Shown: positions 61,045 through 64,000 of the stretch, one piece after another | Position numbering within the stretch: position 1 is the stretch's first letter | Layout: every line of letters begins with the position of its first letter | DNA from: an uncultured Poribacteria bacterium | Lineage (GTDB): Bacteria; Poribacteria; WGA-4E; WGA-3G | Reading direction: 5' to 3' | Assembly (NCBI GenBank): GCA_951828515.1 | Contig: OX639992.1 | Location: 1,706,561-1,770,560, forward strand | Length of the DNA: 64,000 bases | The notes under the pieces: generated by a model | What the model was told of the DNA's origin: nothing | Seen by the model: only the letters and a program-made list of their open reading frames with translations | The model's database searches: none | Position numbers and translations under genes: made by a program

Positions 61045-61281
61045 TCTAACCTACAAAGTGAGTGGAAAAAATATGTTGGCGTATAACATTCTCCGTTTGG
61101 ATTGGCACGAGAAAACAGAAGATGGCTCAACCAGTCGGCTTTTCAAAAATCAATCGTATTTGGATTTGATGTTTGAGAAAACTGGAATTCGGTAGTTTTA
61201 AGGTTGAAAATCACCATTTTCCTATTGCATAATAGTAATGGCTATTATTCCTGTGGATTTAGGCAAAAAGGAGGTAAAACG

Positions 61282-61530
61282 ATGGAAAAATCAACGACTA
61301 TCCAAGAGATTGTGGAGCGGTTAGACAAACTCACGCCTGTGCAACAGAAACAGATTTTAAATTCTGTTCTCTCTCTTTTAGGCGAACCGATAAGAGGCAC
61401 CCCAGTTACGGAGCTGCTGAAATTTGCAGGGACAATTTCAAAGGAAGATGCGGAAATCATGAAACAGACGATTGAAGAAGGATGCGGAATGGCATCGTTA
61501 TCGCAAGGACAGCCTACTGAAAAGCATTGA
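61282..61530 (+). CDS. Orphan antitoxin-like small protein (copy 1)
   Basis: AAAGGAGG RBS. TTIQEIVERLDKLTPVQQKQILNSVLSLLGE...LKFAGTISKEDAEIMKQTIEEGC is the pattern of antitoxins that precede PIN/VapC toxins. Confidence 0.6.
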   Translation: MEKSTTIQEIVERLDKLTPVQQKQILNSVLSLLGEPIRGTPVTELLKFAGTISKEDAEIMKQTIEEGCGMASLSQGQPTEKH

Positions 61531-61616
61531 TTTCTCGGACGACCTATGATAAAATCTTTTCAAGAGACCCGTACGGACAAGAACAACACCACCGTAATCA
61601 AAAAGGAGACAACACC

Positions 61617-61820
61617 ATGAAAAATCCAACGACTATCCAAGAGATTGTACAGCGATTAGAAAACCTTTCGCCCGGACAACAGCAGGAGGTTCTAGATTTC
61701 ACGATGGAACTTTCGGGTGAGCTGCCAGAAGGTACATCCATTAAGGAATTTATTAAATTTGCTGGAACAATTCCATTAAAAGATCTTGAAGAGATGAAGC
61801 AAGCGATTAACGTGAATTAA
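61617..61820 (+). CDS. Orphan antitoxin-like small protein (copy 2, paralogue of 61282-61530)
   Basis: AAAGGAG RBS. TTIQEIVQRLENLSPGQQQEVLDFTMELSGE...IKFAGTIPLKDLEEMKQAIN. Confidence 0.6.
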   Translation: MKNPTTIQEIVQRLENLSPGQQQEVLDFTMELSGELPEGTSIKEFIKFAGTIPLKDLEEMKQAINVN

Positions 61821-61882
61821 TTCTTGCTACCCGAGACGCACATTTTGATGAAGTCGAATCTCTACAGACAGAATACTGGTAG
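61820..61882 (+). pseudogene. C-terminal remnant of a PIN (VapC-like) toxin
   Basis: Reads ILATRDAHFDEVESLQTEYW*, the typical last ~20 residues of a PIN toxin. It directly follows the antitoxin with no N-terminal part present. Confidence 0.5.
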
Positions 61883-61885
61883 CCC

Positions 61886-63259
61886 CTACACTAACAACAG
61901 ATATGGGTCTTGAATATAGCCAGAGACTGTTTGTAGAAACTGCGCGGCAGGGGCACCATCTATCACACGATGGTCAAACGTCAAACTCAGGGTCAACATG
62001 CTACGAACAACAATCTCATCGTCGTGAACAACCGGTTTCTTCAGAATTCTCCCTACCCCAAGAATAGCACTCTCCGGTGGATTGATGATAGGTGTGAACG
62101 CGTCAACGCCGAAGTTCCCAAGGTTTGTAACGGTAAAGGTACCACCTTGAAGTTCACCCGGCGTCAGTTGATTACTGCGTGCCCGCTCTGCGAAACCTTT
62201 TACCTGATCAGAGATATCCGATAACCTCTCCTTATCTGCATTCCGGACGACTGGCACCACGAGTCCATCGTCCAGTGCAACTGCCACACCGATGTGAATT
62301 TCCGGCAATAGTTGAATACCGTCATCAGTGAGTGTTGCGTTGAGTCGCGGATGTTCCCGCAAGGCGTTTGCTACGACTTTAACGAGAAGATCGGTGTAGG
62401 TGAGACTGACCTCTCTCGCCTGTAGTTTATCGTTGAGCATTCCACGTAGTTCAACGAAAGCCGTTGCGTCAACCTCCGTGTGAAGTGTGACGCTGGCGTT
62501 GGTTTGAAGGCTCATGGTCATCCGCTCTGCGATAATTTCACGGATGCCAGCCATCGGAATAACTTCTGCTGCCTGTTGGAGAACAGGTGTTTCTACAATA
62601 GGGGCTTCAGCGGCGGCTGCGCTCGCTTGTAACACATCGTCACGGACAATTCTGCCATAGGGTCCCGAACCGACAATTGAAACCAGGTCAACTCCGTGCT
62701 CCTTTGCCAACCGCCGAGCAAGCGGTGAAGCCTTAAGCCGTGTTGTTTCTTCAATCGGAGCAGATCCTCTCAAGTCAATATATCGCTGGACATCGCTCTC
62801 AAGAATACGTCCTCCGGGTCCAGAGGCTTTGACTTCGGTCAAGTCAATAGCGAGTTTTTCGGCAAGTTGGCGTGCCGCTGGTGACGCTTTTGGTGCAACG
62901 GTCGTAGTCGATGGCGTTGCCTTGGGTTGTGCAGGTTGTACCGACGCTTGCGGTTCCGGTGTGGTGTCCATTTCAACGGGTTCGGGTGTGGCATCCGCCT
63001 CAACGCGTGCTACTTCCTCTCCGGGTGCGCCGATAATCGCTAACAGAGCGTTGACAGGGACATTGGTACCTTCCTCAGCAAGCAATTGCGCGATAACACC
63101 ATCAGTTGGGGATTCTTGCTCATGGACGACCTTATCGGTTTCAATTTCCAATAAGGGTTGTCCTTGCGTGACGGTATCGCCCTCCTTAACCAGCCATTTC
63201 CCGATTTTTCCCTTGGTCATCGTCTGATCCATCTGAAGCATTCTCAATTCAATTGCCAT
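61886..63259 (-). CDS. Dihydrolipoamide acyltransferase (E2) of a 2-oxoacid dehydrogenase complex
   Basis: Lipoyl domain (LLEIETDKVVHEQESP). Two E3-binding domains (ASPAARQLAEKLAIDL...GPGGRILESDV; ASPLARRLAKEHGVDL...GPYGRIVRDDV). Catalytic DHRVIDGA. Confidence 0.9.
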   Translation of the reverse strand: MAIELRMLQMDQTMTKGKIGKWLVKEGDTVTQGQPLLEIETDKVVHEQESPTDGVIAQLLAEEGTNVPVNALLAIIGAPGEEVARVEADATPEPVEMDTTPEPQASVQPAQPKATPSTTTVAPKASPAARQLAEKLAIDLTEVKASGPGGRILESDVQRYIDLRGSAPIEETTRLKASPLARRLAKEHGVDLVSIVGSGPYGRIVRDDVLQASAAAAEAPIVETPVLQQAAEVIPMAGIREIIAERMTMSLQTNASVTLHTEVDATAFVELRGMLNDKLQAREVSLTYTDLLVKVVANALREHPRLNATLTDDGIQLLPEIHIGVAVALDDGLVVPVVRNADKERLSDISDQVKGFAERARSNQLTPGELQGGTFTVTNLGNFGVDAFTPIINPPESAILGVGRILKKPVVHDDEIVVRSMLTLSLTFDHRVIDGAPAAQFLQTVSGYIQDPYLLLV

Positions 63260-63510
63260 TTTTTAATTTTTCCTTGCGGTTTTTTAATTATACCTTGCGG
63301 TTCGTTCAGCCGCATTGGGTGAATACCGTTCTTCCCCGTATATCCAGCCTGGCGCGATGCTTGGGCTTACACGCTTTAGATAACAACCACTATAATTCCC
63401 GTGCGATTCGGTAAAACTGATTTTGCGTGAACGATTCCACTTGTATATCCAATTCGGCACGATGCTCGGGTTTACGCGCGAGCTGATAGAGAACGGACGA
63501 CTATTTTTCC

Positions 63511-63807
63511 TCATGAATGTCCTTCGATCAACTCAATCAATAACTCAACATTCGCATCTTTTTCCAGAATAAGTGCGAATTTATGGTACTCGTCGCCCTT
63601 GAAAACCGCCTGAATGAACGGACTAAACGCGATTAAGAGTTGACTGCCCAAAAAGTTAAGCGGCTTACCAGTCTCTAAAATGAGGATTGCTGGCGCGGTC
63701 AAACCGCGCCGTACAATCCATGTTGCTGCCTTTTCAAGCAGGACACGTTGCTCGGATTCAGGAATATCCTCAAGGACACGTGGTATTTCGGGGTTTGGAT
63801 TGAACAC
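63511..63807 (-). CDS. Hypothetical protein (98 aa)
   Basis: ATG-initiated ORF with coding-like composition; no recognisable motif. Confidence 0.4.
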   Translation of the reverse strand: MFNPNPEIPRVLEDIPESEQRVLLEKAATWIVRRGLTAPAILILETGKPLNFLGSQLLIAFSPFIQAVFKGDEYHKFALILEKDANVELLIELIEGHS

Positions 63808-63820
63808 AGTTTTCTAATTT

Positions 63821-63939
63821 GGTTGTCGGTCTGCGGTTATCGGTTACAAGAGGATGTTTTTGCTTGGGTGTTTCCCTTGTTAAACGAAAACCCCTTAACT
63901 GGAAACTCTCACTGCGAGGCAAACCGATAACTGATAACC
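63821..63939. repeat. Heptad-arm palindromic intergenic element (copy 10)
   Basis: GGTTGTCGGTCTGCGGTTATCGGTTACAAGAGGATGTTTTTGCTTGGGTGTTTCCCTTGTTAAACGAAAACCCCTTAACTGG...CCGATAACTGATAACC. Confidence 0.85.
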
Positions 63940-64000
63940 ATTTCGCGAAATGTAATGGAGCATAGCGCGGAGGTCCATCACTTAAATCTCCAAGTCGCTC

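Noticed and set aside
60992-61195. 67-aa plus-strand ORF downstream of the PorV-like gene
   Set aside because: It overlaps the end of the barrel gene and has no RBS or recognisable motif. Its tail (LRLDWHEKTEDGS...) could be a gene fragment, but I cannot support a call.
63940-64000. Possible 3' end of a minus-strand gene running off the window (one frame ends with TAA at 63982-63984)
   Set aside because: Only about 6 codons are visible in that frame, and another frame stays open through repeat DNA. That is too little sequence to support a feature.
1-64000. Prophage, integron, integrase or intact transposase content
   Set aside because: No integrase, recombinase, transposase, capsid or terminase motifs were recognised. 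The only mobile-type features are the non-autonomous MITE-like insert and the dispersed repeats.

Overview
This 64-kb window comes from an uncultured-type heterotrophic bacterium. I cannot assign taxonomy; the gene content (many PhyH, Gfo/Idh/MocA, LamG, sulfatase-like and FG-GAP/ASPIC proteins) looks marine or host-associated. Coding density is high on both strands, and four kinds of content stand out. (1) A decayed defence/toxin-antitoxin island at about 940-7600. It holds ImmA/IrrE plus an internally deleted DUF4411, a frameshifted HEPN-DUF499 ATPase, a frameshifted Rpn-like nuclease, an intact PIN TA pair and an 89-codon stub of a DUF1156 methylase. (2) A housekeeping block: argD, a lipoprotein, ispE, tRNA-Gln, rplY, an amidase, pth and a bisphosphate nucleotidase. 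(3) Iterated catabolic modules of Gfo/Idh/MocA oxidoreductase, phytanoyl-CoA-dioxygenase-like and enolase-superfamily genes, including two tandem PhyH duplications. (4) Many secreted LamG, Kelch or unknown proteins that share a short C-terminal TTWGxIK tail. The most notable single loci are: a self-contained ATPase plus small PD-(D/E)xK-like two-gene cassette (23520-25561); a peroxiredoxin-like fusion with an in-frame TGA at the active-site Cys position, a candidate selenoprotein (57649-58755); a 112-bp MITE-like insertion with a TA duplication that splits higB; and a very dense family of intergenic hairpin elements whose arms are tandem heptamers. No rRNA, CRISPR array, integrase or intact transposase was seen. 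All calls rest on reading motifs by eye; no database search was run.
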